Assembly (NCBI GenBank): GCA_051294905.1
Contig: CM119371.1
Span: 23,002,001 to 23,066,000 of the forward strand
DNA length: 64,000 nt
Reading direction: 5' to 3'
DNA from: Botryllus schlosseri
Lineage: Eukaryota
The translations under genes and the position numbers were made by a program. Positions 52,001-64,000 of this stretch are shown here, piece by piece. The notes beneath the pieces were generated by a model, which saw nothing but the letters and a program-made list of their open reading frames with translations, did no database searches and had not been told where the DNA came from. The first letter of the stretch is position 1; every line of letters begins with the position of its first letter.

Positions 52001-53047
52001 GCAGTGCGCACACGGCCAGGACTGCCGAAAGTGCCTATGGACGCGACGTACAACGCCCGCGATGTTGAACAATTGAAAATATATGTTTCAGTGTACCATG
52101 AAATATCATCGTATTTTGTGTCTGTCGAGGTAGCATCAGAAACAACGTGTATAGAATGTCATTACAATCCGCAGCTCTTGTCTAGTGCGTTATAGGAACA
52201 ACCGAGTATATATAAACGAGCAGTAGGTACCGTGAGGGTGGATAGTTCACATTTGTTAGTAATTTATATTATTTATATATGTTACGTGAACGCGATAAGT
52301 GAAGCGTGTAGTAACAAAGCGTCACTTGTAACAGGTATCCGTACAAGTGGGGCGCATAACGACCCTGAATCAACCAGGGACGATGTTGATAGCATGACTA
52401 TCATATGCTGTTAAAGGTACAACATAGTCCGGCGAGTTGGTCCGGTCCTATTTGATAGAAAATTGCGTCTAATGCCGATTGAGTATCTGCTACTTATCGA
52501 TACGGGACAGTAATAAGAATTCGTTAACGGGTGAACTGTTGTCCGATTCGCTAAACGTGCTGTAACACACAAACAACATGCATTGGCACATTTTATCGGT
52601 AGTTTATATAATCTGTGTATAGGTATGATCTCATATATGTTGACATCCGTTCATTTCTGATCGAACGTGGATATAACACACTCTTCATTGTTTGAAAGTA
52701 CAACTCTAATTACTATGAATATCACTGTAGATACCATGTACATGTGGTGCATACGATATACACTGGAGTGTCATATTGCGCACACAAATTGGACTACATG
52801 ATTTCGTATATAGTGGCCAAACATTCCGGAGCCTTATCGACGATCGAGGCCCGCCATTTTATGAATTGCTTGTAGTGGCAATACCGAATCAATGTGTTGT
52901 GACCGATATTAATACAAGTTGTAGAATGGCGCTACAGTAGAATAAATGTCGCCCAGTGCTAATACTACGGCGTTTTAATGATATTGTTATATACCGATCA
53001 CATAAATTGCAGCATAATACTTACTATTGCTGATCGATATGCTAGAG

Positions 53048-54383
53048 CAGGGGTGGGCAATTATTTTCCTCCGCGGGCCAAGTGAGAAGTAGAAAATACG
53101 TTGGCGGGCCGAGTGAATTTTTTTAGCTATATTCTCCAGCGTATTTTAATTTTATTTCTAAATTACATTGTTAATATAAGCTGCTCACTGAATGTGTTCA
53201 GGTCAGGTAACGAGAAGGGGACGGTAACTTAAAAAATATATATATTTGCCGTCATGATTCGAAATAATGTTAAACATGATACATTTTAACTCTTTATACC
53301 CCTATCCACGTTCCTCTACTAAGATTCTAAAACAGAGGTTCTCAAACTTTTTTAGGCACGCCTCCCTTTATGATAGTGAAAATTTCGTGCCCCTTATCAT
53401 GATATCACTAAATTTAAAAAGTGCTATCAGAATGCTAGCAATCCCAACGGATAGTTTGATGACATGGAAGTTGATGGCTGTTGATGAGTTAATTCTGAAA
53501 TATCAAAGTCGGACAATTACACAGAGCAATAAAACTGTAAGATGGGGATAAATCGCGCGAAGCGCGAAAAAAAATCCTTAAACTTCGGCTTCGCGTCTAC
53601 TACTGATGCTTTCACGCCCCCCCTCCCCAGTTCGACAACACATGCACTGAATTGTATATGCAATAGAGTACGAAGCTTATTTTCTTGGTCGCTGCCTTCC
53701 TAGCAGTGTGCACTGTACAGCTTTAGTAGCCTTGATGTTGAGCGAAGCTTGCGGTTTTTCTGAACTCTGCCCTCCATTGACCGAGTGTTTCGTGTTTTTT
53801 TTTATCATAAGACCGACAATAATTAAGATCCTTAATCTCGGCAACAGGCTCTGCAAACACTAGAAGGGAGGTCGTACCCCTGACTCCAACAAACAAATAT
53901 TTAGTCCTTCGAAGTCTAAACCTTCTTTGAATGTCAGTTTGCGGGTTTCTTTTTTGGCATTCTCGTTAATCCATTATGGGCGATAGATATATTGAGTCAT
54001 ATAGTAATCGCGAGCACTGATTGACTTGCTTTACGAATTAGCGATTTGGAAACGTATCACGTAACAATTTGAAACACATGCCGTATCACTACAGGAAAAG
54101 AGTGATTTCTTGTAACTCCAATTGCTACTCGTATTTTGCCATATTGCCTTTATTTGGAATTTGGATAACGCATGCGAGGTAGCCTACATAGGCAGCGTAA
54201 TCGTGGCATATTAATGAACAGACTTCAAAGTAAAGGAATTTCCTGTTAAGTTGATACAGTCTACGGTTTTAGTCATTCAAAAAGCATGTTTTATGTCTTG
54301 AATTCCAAGCAACACTTCGCGGGCCGCACAGAATGGCTTCGCGGGCCGCATGTGGCCCGCGGGCCGCACTTTGCCCAGGTCTG
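53048..54383. mobile_element. 1336-bp Charlie-like hAT non-autonomous element
   Basis: Ends CAGGGGTGGGCAA / TTGCCCAGGTCTG, GCGGGCCGC motifs, exact TSD TGCTAGAG. Confidence 0.92.
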
Positions 54384-54391
54384 TGCTAGAG

Positions 54392-54660
54392 GTATAGCCC
54401 GATTATGCACCGGACGTCCGACGACACATAAGGTACAGCATATATCTCTAAAACACAGGCCGCATTTTATTTGATGTCGTCCGGTAACAAATATTGCTAA
54501 ACGGTCTCCATTGCGAATTTGAATATATACCAACACGCCAGTGTTAGTTGAAGGTATTTCCAGCGGACAGTAATCCGTCAAACACAATATCATGCGTGCT
54601 ATCTCGTGACTCTATGAACAATCGCATGCGCGGTCTTGCGAGGAATCAGTACCAGAGGCC
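54392..54660. repeat. Diverged dispersed repeat, partial third copy interrupted by 53048-54383
   Basis: Aligns with 55740-55960 (GTCCGGT..ATTGCTAAACGGTC..ATCTCGTGAC..ATGCGCGGTCT). Confidence 0.7.
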
Positions 54661-55279
54661 GTAGAAGACGTGCGTGATCGAAGTCTGTATCATGCATGTA
54701 ACCAATAGGGTCATTCGCACGTAGTAGCCGACCATATCAGATCAAGATTCACACGTGCTAATGTGTGCGTAACTCTACATATCATTGATACCGTTATCAC
54801 ACAATGAGATTAACGTGGCACACAACATACCCTACTTATAGCTCACCACGTATTGTCCCATCACCAACGGATGGTTAGTCGTTGTTCTGATCGGCGCATG
54901 TGAATCAGTGTCGGTTATTCGTATCGGATGATGCGGAGTGCGATCGCGATACGGCGACTATTACGGGTGCACGATACCTACATAAATACGCAAGCCATGT
55001 CAGAAAAACGATCAGAAATAAGTTTAAATACGCAAGCCATGTCAGAAAAACGATCAGAAATAAGTTAGCAGCAGTCGTGCATATAAGTCCGTTTGCATGG
55101 GTTATCGGAAAATGTGAGTCGCTGGCTCACACCTGACCAGAGGAACGCGTACAAGACGACGCGTTCGCAGATCTCAATGTCGGCGGGGTGGACCGATCGT
55201 CCCAGCAGTTCTGATGCCGTGTCTTGCGGCGACGTAGCGTAAAAGGTGCCCAATATTAGTTGGAATATGTGCGTCAAGG

Positions 55280-55960
55280 ACAGGGTTTAATCGGTATGGT
55301 TCAATTTACAACGGCTGATAGTAGCAATACGAATGACGACACACGCGTGACGTTTAACCATATGGCCGTTTACTAAGTGCTTTCGGGACCATCAATTGAA
55401 CGCGACCGTTGTACCTAACATCCATAGCACTGGTCTACATAATAGGATATGTTGCCAAATTATATACAGACTAAATTATGGACGACATGCTCTTTGATGA
55501 CACCCGGTGAATAATGATGCTCAATGGTACCCAATGCTGGTTTAACTAAACACTCACGAAGTGAATATAAATAGGTAGGCTACAACTGAAAACGGCTGAT
55601 AATAGCAATAGGCCGGAGTAGCTATGCATGAGACCTAGTAGGACATCATATTGTTTAAAGCCGTCGATGCCACCAAATGAATGTTTATTGTTAGCGCTGA
55701 TCCGTATCACTGGTATATACAATGGTAGATATCGCCCGATTATCTAGTGAAAAACGCCTGTGTGACATGTTATCTGATGTGGTCCGGTACCGACTATTGC
55801 TAAACGGTCCCCAATGCAAATTTGAAGATATACCCAGTATTAGGGACCCGTATGTTCATCGGTGCGTGGTCCGCAAAACAACGTATCATGTGTGCTATCT
55901 CGTGACCCTAGACTCACATTCGTATGCGCGGTCTCCCGCGGTCCAGACCGCAATATTGTG
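55280..55960. repeat. Diverged dispersed repeat, copy 2
   Basis: Colinear with 48450-49060. Confidence 0.8.
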
Positions 55961-56488
55961 ACGTTTCGACATGATTTGTCCCATAACGCAGACTCAAATT
56001 ATACTCTGCAAACACAGAGACCCGCTCAGTGCCCACCATAAACCGGTCGCGGTCGCTGTCTTGGTCAGGATTATAAAACGAGTAAATATACTTTTTTAAC
56101 ATATTTGAATCTATTTTTGGTGCGGTATTCATTCGGAATAGCCTCATTCATGGTAAATGAACATATAAGTTCGAAGATTGCACGCATTTCTAATGTATTT
56201 AGATTTTAGTCAATTTCCATTTAGCAAATATACATCTTGCAATTTCTAAAGTAGCCAACCCTAAATAAGTACTAAAAGTATATGACCCCTCGACAAAATC
56301 AACATTCTACAACGATCTACGTGAGTACATTTCAAATCAATCATTTCCTACTGCCACTTGAAGCAGTTGTAACATGGAAATGGCCAATGCTAGTTGTAAT
56401 TCAGTGCAGCTTGTTAGTTTAACCATCTATGCAGTGGAGTATTAACAAGATGAAACCAAAACAACCAGTATCTTGGTAAGTACCGTAC

Positions 56489-57843
56489 CTGCGACGTGCC
56501 TTATGTGTCGCAGGCCCAACAGGTTTTCGATCATAATGTCAAAGTGCTCGGGATGGCTAAGTTCATTGCGAATTCCATCTTCCACAATGTCATCCATCTA
56601 TTGGTATACAAACAGTGATTAAATATATTCTTACACATCTCCGAGTACATTTCGAGTACTGAAATTGTGTGCTGCTTGCTACAAAAGGTCAACTTATCTA
56701 CGCGAATTATAATACCGATAATGCGGAAGTAGTGAGACCTCGATTGGTCGTATTGCAGGGTACAGTATACGAAGCATATAGTACAAAGCTATGACATTCG
56801 ATTCAGAATTCAATCCCTCGGTTACTCAATTTGCCTAGCCTTGAATGAAACGCACTTGCAGCTCAACCGGCTGGCATCGGCAATTTTTTGCGGAAAAATG
56901 TATTCACTTTTCAAAACTAGAAAGCATGACATTGACGGATGCAAACCCAACAAGTAATACATCATTGGATTCAGAATGACGACGCCTCGCCAACTACATC
57001 ACGAAGCTAGACGAGAGCAGGTGAATCGCGCGCGTATTTCACCGAGAAAAATTAGTTGTAAAAATGTTTTGAGAAGACATCGAGAATAGAAAACCTTGTT
57101 GTTAAAATGTAGCCTACATGTTTTGGTTACTTCCCTGTGGAGTGCGTATTTACAGTGAAACACTATACCATGTATTGATAGTATCGATCGAAATAATTGA
57201 ACAACAGCGGTCACTCATGACTTGTTTGAAAGACACATTCGCACTAGGCATACATCGCGGACTCCAAAAGGAATTAACCAATACCTGTACATTTTAACAA
57301 CTAGATTTTCTACTCAAGATGAAATTCATGCTCCGTTGCCCTGCTCCCGTCTAGCTGTGTGGCGTAGTTGGTGAGGCGGCGGAAGTGTGAGTCCGACGAT
57401 ATATTACTTGTTGGTTTTGCATCCTACTAAGGTCGTATTTTACAGTTTTGAAAAGCGAAGGGAAATTTTTCGGATTAACCCGCCGTTGCCATTCGTTTAA
57501 CGCATTCAGACCTAAGCTCCGTTATTTACTTCGGATCCCATCTATTTTAGACAGTGCCCACGGGCTCCGGACTGTCACCCTGAACAGTCCTGGCATCGCA
57601 GCCACCAACACAAACACTAAGTCTGCTCGCCTGTACGAAATCGCGCTGAAAAAACAACGACACCGGGATCTGGCGCTTGAACTTCTCCACAGACATGTCG
57701 GTCCACATCTCGTCACCGTAGAACACGATCAATTTGCCCCAGGCGAACGCGCCGCTCACGATGTTGTCCCCTTTCAGCGGCTTGGCCCGGTCTAAGCTGA
57801 CGATGACGTCCGCGTAGCTGGTGAAACTGCCGGTGACCAGACT
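56489..57843 (-). CDS. Two probable host exons (57843-57664, 56597-56489), product unknown
   Basis: Strong acceptor tattttttatgttttag|; GC3-rich 180-nt exon SLVTGSFTSYADVIVSLDRAKPLKGDNIVSGAFAWGKLIVFYGDEMWTDMSVEKFKRQIP (weak donor gtgtcg); phase-compatible 109-nt exon MDDIVEDGIRNELSHPEHFDIMIENLLGLRHIRHVA|gtacgg. Confidence 0.45.
56850..57500. mobile_element. Old foldback/MITE with long degenerate inverted arms
   Basis: 56930-57030 is the reverse complement of 57335-57430 (CCTGCTC.CGTCTAGCT..GTAGTTGG.GAGGCG..ATTACTTGTTGG.TTTGCATCC), similarity extending outward. Confidence 0.7.
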
Positions 57844-58818
57844 CTAAAACATAAAAAATACCCGATAAGCAGAAATTGAAAGTAATCATGGAATGCTACT
57901 TTTCACAGTATTATGACGTGATTTTGTTTGCTACACGCAACGGAATGAAAAACAGTAAAATTCGAATTTAAAAAATATTTCTGATGTAAAAATGGTGACA
58001 CGTAGCAAAGAGAATACTTATATCATGATTCGAGGTTCTGGCTCCCTCTGTTGTCAGTGCAATAGCACAAAACGAGCCAAGAATAGGTAATTCTGTCAGA
58101 TCTTGATAACCGTTAATGTTAGAAAGCTATTTTTGGGCCTAACAGTTGCACAGGCGACGTGTTTCTATCGCATTTCCGAAGAACTTATTCTTCGAAACGT
58201 ACAGAAAAAAAAGTTATAAGCATACTACTAATTTGTTCAAGAAAAATTGAGCAATGATGCATTGGATGCGATGTCAAAAGCGCATAATGATCGTGAATGT
58301 GAACACACCCTATCATTTAGTTGTAATTGAAAATCAAAGTCATTCCAGCACATTATATATTTTCTGATCTTTCAATATCACCAGAACCCCCTTTTTTGTC
58401 ATAAAGTAATAAAAAAACATTAGTGTTTTAACACGAGATATGGATACCATTAGTTATTAGACGGTGTTAGAGGTATGATACGAAACTGACCGACGTTCGT
58501 TCAACTGTCGCCGTAATGGCGCGAGCAAATTTGCGTGATGCACTGTTCAGGATGCGGGTCGCGCGAAGCACGGCCTGAAAAGCCCATGTGCGTTTAGCGT
58601 TTTCATCACGTCGCGTATCTTCCTATTTAGACGCCGCCATCAGAAGGGTTGCAGCAGGCGATACTACACAAGTGTACAACTGCACATGCACCGCATAATA
58701 CATCGGAGCTATGACATAACCTACATGAGCCTATGACCAGCAAAAAAAATGCCAGCTACATGACGCTTGCATATTGAAGTACTCATATGCATACAGGACG
58801 CGTCGGATGACTGTATTA

Positions 58819-59411
58819 CTATAGAAATTAAACATGGAATGGCAACGACCGATTTTGCAGCTTCGTTCCGCTTCGCCGTTGCTGGAGTGGAGAATTGTTT
58901 TGCGTAAGCGACTGTAGGATTTCTGGCAATCCAAAATCTATCTCACCGAGCGCAGAAATTACTGAATCTGGTCTTGATCGAAAGCAACTGTTGCACCGAT
59001 TCCGAAAATATAAATTAAAATAATGATCAGGCGCTGATCCACCTAGAATCCGACCTCCAAGTGTGAAATATCGGCATCGTTCGAACAATCGGAGAGTCGC
59101 AACGGGTCATTGTTATTGCCATTGTGTTGCGGTTACCCGATTGTTCTGAACAATGCCGATATTTCAGACTTGGAGGACATATTCTAGGTGGATCAGAGTC
59201 TGATCAATATTTTAATTTATATTTTCGGAATCGGTGCAACAGTAGCTTTCGATCAAGACCAGATTCAGTAATTTCTGCGCTCGGGAAGATAGATTTTGGA
59301 TTGCCAGAAATCCTACAGTCGCTTACGCAAAACAGTTCTCCACTCCAGCCTCAGCGAAGCGGAACGAAGCTGCAAAATCGGTCGTTGCCGTTCCATGTTT
59401 AATTTCTATAG
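58819..59411. repeat. 593-bp near-perfect palindrome (two ~285-bp arms) flanked by TA
   Basis: CTATAGAAATTAAACATGG... / ...CCATGTTTAATTTCTATAG; arms about 90% identical by eye; short central loop; TA at both sides. Confidence 0.95.
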
Positions 59412-59667
59412 TATTACATACGTGTAAACCGACTAAATCACGTGGTGTCCAGTACACGTTGACATACAAACTACAATACGTTGCTCAACGCCAAGTACCT
59501 GAAATTGCACCATAGTGGAATAGTACTAAACTTTCCATTCAGACTGATTGATATCGAACATTTTTACGTGCTTCGAATCAACGTGGTCGCAATCAATACG
59601 GGTAGCACGTGTTTTCATCTCTAACCCTTAACCGCGTCAGTTCGTGATATGAATCGGGGCGATAAGC

Positions 59668-61200
59668 ATGGCGAACGAGTTCTTTTACATGCAGCAATAT
59701 GCGAGAAAATTGGCAGCCATATTAAACGCATCTTCTACTGACAACGACGTAGCTGGATGGTCGATGTTCAGGAGCTCCTCATCAGGTGTCCAGGTGACAG
59801 TGCGAGACAATAACGGAAGACAGGCTGAAATTTTCACATCACCTACGGCTCTCTACGACCTTGACGGCCATATTGGACTCATTGTACCGCCTATCGTGAG
59901 TACTCGTGCGCTATACTATTATGATATGATAATATATTACGCTATGGTGTTGTATAGTTGGGCCGCGGACGTCAATCTTACACAGGGGGAGAGGCACGAC
60001 GCATGTTGACCCGCGCCGGTGTTCACTTCATCAATAATGAAATAGCGCATACAATGGACGTTGTGGCGCACATTAACCTTAGGTGAGTATTAATTGTATG
60101 TAGGCGATTGCGGCGTCACTATCGACGAGGTACTATATTTGAAGGTTCTGTCGAACTGACGCTGAGCTGCCACCTAGACTGGCACGAATAGTAGGAGCCA
60201 GGCGCGCCGCAACGTGGACCGCACAACTCGTGCTGTCAGTCAAGGATATATGGAATTCGACGAGAAACCCCAGTTTCGCGAATGGGAGTTCTATCTCACG
60301 GACAAGATGGGCTACACGGTCTCACCCAGTCTCGTGAATAGGAGTTTTTATCAGTGGCCGCAGACTGTTGGCGTTCGTCACCATCGCGCTCTCTTGACTT
60401 GGCGTAAACGTCTTCGCTCCGCTAGCACAACGGTGGACGAAGGCGTCCAAATGGTAAACGAAATACTTAGCAATCGGGTTGTGAGCGCTAGTTATATTGG
60501 ACAAATGCTGAATAGGGCTCAGACTATGGCGTGTCTTTTGTGCGCGGTTATAGAGGCTCGCGGCAACGGCGTGACTTTCGCGCCACATATAATTTTCAAG
60601 GGAACCCCGGGAGCGGGAAAGACCTTGCTGTCTGATATTTTATTCCCTCCGCGTATTTCCAGTATCGTTCCACACGATGCGTCGGGTGTGGGTCAGTTAA
60701 ACATGAACTCACACTCTCGCGTGTTGAAATGCGACGACGCAGGTCTATATTTTTGGGGTCATGCCGGCATGATGTCGGCCGTGAAGCAAATGTTTCATGG
60801 GTCATGATCGGCCAAGACACACGGGTCGAAACAGGCCAACGGTGGTAGTGGCTACCACCAATGCGCCTGACCCATTCGCGTTACTGGTTGAATGTGGAGA
60901 GAATCGAGAGGCGTGGGAAAGGCGTTTTATAGTATTGGACTTTGCCGGACAGTTTGTCCCGCGTCTCGGTAGGCGGCCGATCTCTAGCGCGACGTACGAG
61001 TTGATATTAGACCAACTCGTAGCCGACCTCGTCCGCGCCGGCATTACGGGCCTAGAACAAGACCAATGCGCCGACCATTTTCGCACGGTTTCCGATTACC
61101 ACGCCTGCCTCACCAACATGATGGACGAGGAGACATTGCGAAATATGGGCGACGGATTGATAACCGACGCTACACCAACGTATCTGCCATCGAATATTCA
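59668..61200 (+). pseudogene. Decayed superfamily-3 helicase gene of small-DNA-virus type (NS1/Rep-like); candidate endogenous viral element
   Basis: Walker A HIIFKGTPGAGKT, Walker B VLKCDD, FHGS*SAKTHGSK (TGA probably ex-TGG), +1 frameshift near 60835, motif C VVVATTN, Arg finger AWERRFIVLDF. ORF 59668 is in the same frame as ORF 60214. Confidence 0.85.
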
Positions 61201-61380
61201 TCAATCATCCACCGGTCAGGTCAGTCCTAGTTATGTAATAATAAGGAATTGGGTAATATTCATATTACTATTATATGTGCCAGTTCATGTCCACAACGAG
61301 TCGGGAATAGCATGCGCATGTTAAATGATAGGAACTCGCTGCGTAGAATGAACACGCATTCACGACCGTGTGACATATAA

Positions 61381-61830
61381 TATCATCATCATCATTGGTT
61401 TATTAGCAATTTTATCAGTTCAATACACCACAAAAAATGCGATACAATGAATAGACAGGAAGATGTCGAAGCGACTTGGATTTGTCAATGGAATCGGACA
61501 CCCACCTTGGCCTAGGCGTAGTAAAGAGGAGGCATGCACACTGAATGAAAGTAAAGAATACAGTATAGAAAAAGAAAGCGACAAGAAATAGGGCGGCATG
61601 TCATTGGAAGCGAGATCGATATGTCAGTCGTGGTCCGGTAATCTTGAGGATGGACTGTATTTATTTAGTAGTAATTGCTTGTATTTCGACTTGAATGTGG
61701 ACATGCTCGTCGACTGTCGGATGGCCGGCGGGATACTGTTCCACACATCAGGTCCGGCATATTTGATGGAGCGATGATCTTTTCGGTCGATCATATGATA
61801 TTTGATGAATATGATGAATATGATGAATAT
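61381..61830 (-). mobile_element. 5'-truncated L2/CR1-type LINE 3' end
   Basis: C-terminal RSIKYAGPDVWNSIPPAIRQSTSMSTFKSKYKQLLL, 3' UTR, AATAAA and (ATG)n tail. Confidence 0.8.
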
Positions 61831-62426
61831 TATGTAAATGCCATTTTATTGTAGTCCTATGTGCATATAAACCGATTGCCGTAAAAACATATTTCATAGT
61901 GTTCCTCATCTTATTACACAGGGTGCGCGTGTAACAACCAATGACATCGGCCTTTCTACAAACGTTCACAGCAGAACATCAGTGAACAGCAGAACAGCAG
62001 ACCGTATCATCGATTCAGAGAGCGATTGAGAACTACCGTGTACATCAGCAAAATTACGCAAAACCAACATGCATGTCGGTAACCAGGTACATGCGACTAT
62101 TCATACTTGTGCGCAATGGTACTTCAGATAGGATCGACACATCACATTCACGCGCCTGTTTCTTGACATATGCTATAAACGGTCGCCCATATTAAAACAT
62201 TGACCATGATAACATGCGACCAGTGGATCCTTGACATATGTACTCGTTACATGATCAATTCTGAACAAGGGTAGTTACGCGAACTCAAGTATGTTACGTT
62301 CCGCAGGTTTCAGATGCAACTGAGTCACGGGTTCCGCCTCAGACCGCGGTCGCGTCTCGCACCGCACCGGTTCCGGACGTGAGTGTAAATAGCATTAGTC
62401 GAATCGACGTATATTATAGGCTATAT

Positions 62427-64000
62427 CAGTGGTTCTTAACCTTGTCTCCAGCGCCCCCCAAGGGGCGCTGGCGATTTTGAAGGGGGCGGAAACGCTCAGG
62501 GGGCGATATGGGGGCGCTGGGATCAGGGGAGCGCTATGTGGGGCGCTGGAGAAAAATGGCTTCGCAGTAGATGATGTACTGGTGGGACATATCCCTAATG
62601 AGTATTCAGAGCAAATTAACACCGAAAACTTCGACATATAAGTTTATTGTCCATGGGCGCCTAAATGACTGGCACCGAATGTTCCTGTCTTCGCAATCTG
62701 AACCCCAGAAGACGAATTCCATCTGGCAGGGAAAAATTACATGCCAGTGAAGAAATCCCAATTTGAAATCGTGTGCGTCTTTTAGGTTAGTACGATTGGG
62801 CGAAAGGGATATCTAAAGCTAGATATTCCTGTTGGGCGATATCCCTGCTGTGCGATAATATATTTTAGATATAGCAGACAGGAGGTCACGAAATAACATC
62901 ATGGAACGAAGTCATACCAACGGGTTCGCCCGCCGAATATGTTTAATTATTAGTTACGGGCCCTACAGTTTCCAAGACACCTCACAATGTTCGCTCTACG
63001 TTTTGACGAGTCTGTGCAGTGCACACTCAACAACTCACTGCGCAGACCCTTGGATAACATTGCGTAACGACTAAAAAAAGGTCATAACTTCGGATTTGTT
63101 GTGCGCAACGTAGATTTTCTGTGCGCAGAGACCGTGCCAGCACTGGGGGCGCTGGCGATCTTGAAGGGGGCGGAAACGCTCAGGGGGCGATATGGGGGGC
63201 GCTGGGCTCAGGGGGGCGCTGGAAAAAAATGGCTTCGCAGTAGATGATGTGATGATAGGACATATCCTTAATGAGTATTCCGAGCAAATTAACACCGAAA
63301 ACTTCGTTACATATAGCCTTCAAAATACATTTAGGTTTAATTGTCCATGGGCGCCTAAATGACTGACACCGAATGTTCCTGTCTTGGCAATCTGAACTCC
63401 AGATGACGAATTCCATCTGGCAGGGAAAAATTGTATGTCAGTGAAGAAATACCAATCTGAAATCGTGAGCGTCTTTTAGTTTAGTACGATTGGGCGACAG
63501 GGATATTCCTGCTTGGCGATATCCCCATTGAGCGATTCTATATTTTTTGATATTGCAGACAGGGGGTCACGAAATAACATCATGCAACGAAGTCATACCA
63601 ACGGGTTCGCCCGCCCGAATATGTTTAATTATTAGTAACGGGCCCTACAGTTTCCAAGAAACCTCACAATGTTCGCTTTAAGTTTTGATGAGTCTGCGCA
63701 CACTCAACAACTCACTGCGCTGACCCTTGGACAACAGTGCGTAACGACTAAAAAAAGGTAATAACTCCGGATTTGTTGTGCGCAACGTAGATTTTCTGTG
63801 TGCAGAGACCGTGTCAGCACTGCGCACGTGCGCAGCTTGGAGGGAACATTGCACCTCACTCAGCTCCACCGGTAAATGTGTTCACGTGAGCCACCGGTAA
63901 ATGTGTTCACGTGAGCAGAGAGAGGATAAAAATTGATCTCAATTTACATGCAATTCCCGATGATATTGACCAATTCAATCATTAATTAGTGAAATTTTTC
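62427..64000. mobile_element. Inverted copy of the 35132-36613 hAT element with a ~0.7-kb internal tandem duplication; runs off the window
   Basis: Starts CAGTGGTTCTTAACCTT; 63146-64000 is the reverse complement of 35761-36590; 62460-63145 repeats the same block. Confidence 0.9.

Noticed and set aside
55340-55450. Minus-frame MDVRYNGRVQL resembling an Ig V-set strand
   Set aside because: Stops conserved between repeat copies and no DxGxYxC motif in frame.
58020-58100. Signal-peptide-like exon upstream of 57843
   Set aside because: Its donor phase is incompatible with the open frame of the 57843 exon.
58828-59402. Two near-identical ORFs (86 aa minus, 92 aa plus)
   Set aside because: They are mirror images created by the palindrome; no protein features.

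Overview
AT-rich eukaryotic genomic DNA from an invertebrate metazoan, judging by short GT-AG introns, tRNA-derived SINEs and many hAT MITEs; the taxon cannot be fixed from sequence alone. No prokaryotic genes, rRNA or CRISPR arrays were seen, and most short ORFs in the track are noise. (1) One complete six-exon host gene that the ORF track misses: a secreted 203-aa outlier lipocalin (ApoD-like Cys pattern) on the minus strand, 14600-18244. (2) A dense set of DNA transposons, many with exact 8-bp TSDs. The largest is a nest at 38123-47067: an outer TAGGGTTG-ended shell holds a decayed hAT-superfamily transposase element, which holds a Hermes/hobo-type hAT deletion derivative. The shell also holds the 5' part of a Tx1/L1-type retroelement, with an intact ORF1 and an ORF2 cut at the shell's right TIR. 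(3) A decayed SF3-helicase gene of small-DNA-virus type (59668-61200), preceded by a 593-bp palindrome. It lies in a 47-62 kb zone with other unexplained decayed reading frames, a candidate endogenous viral element. (4) An 80-bp satellite with higher-order structure, a SAMD3-like remnant, a piggyBac remnant, an L2/CR1 3' end, and probable exons of further host genes. Coordinates were counted by hand; protein-family calls rest on motif recognition, not database searches.
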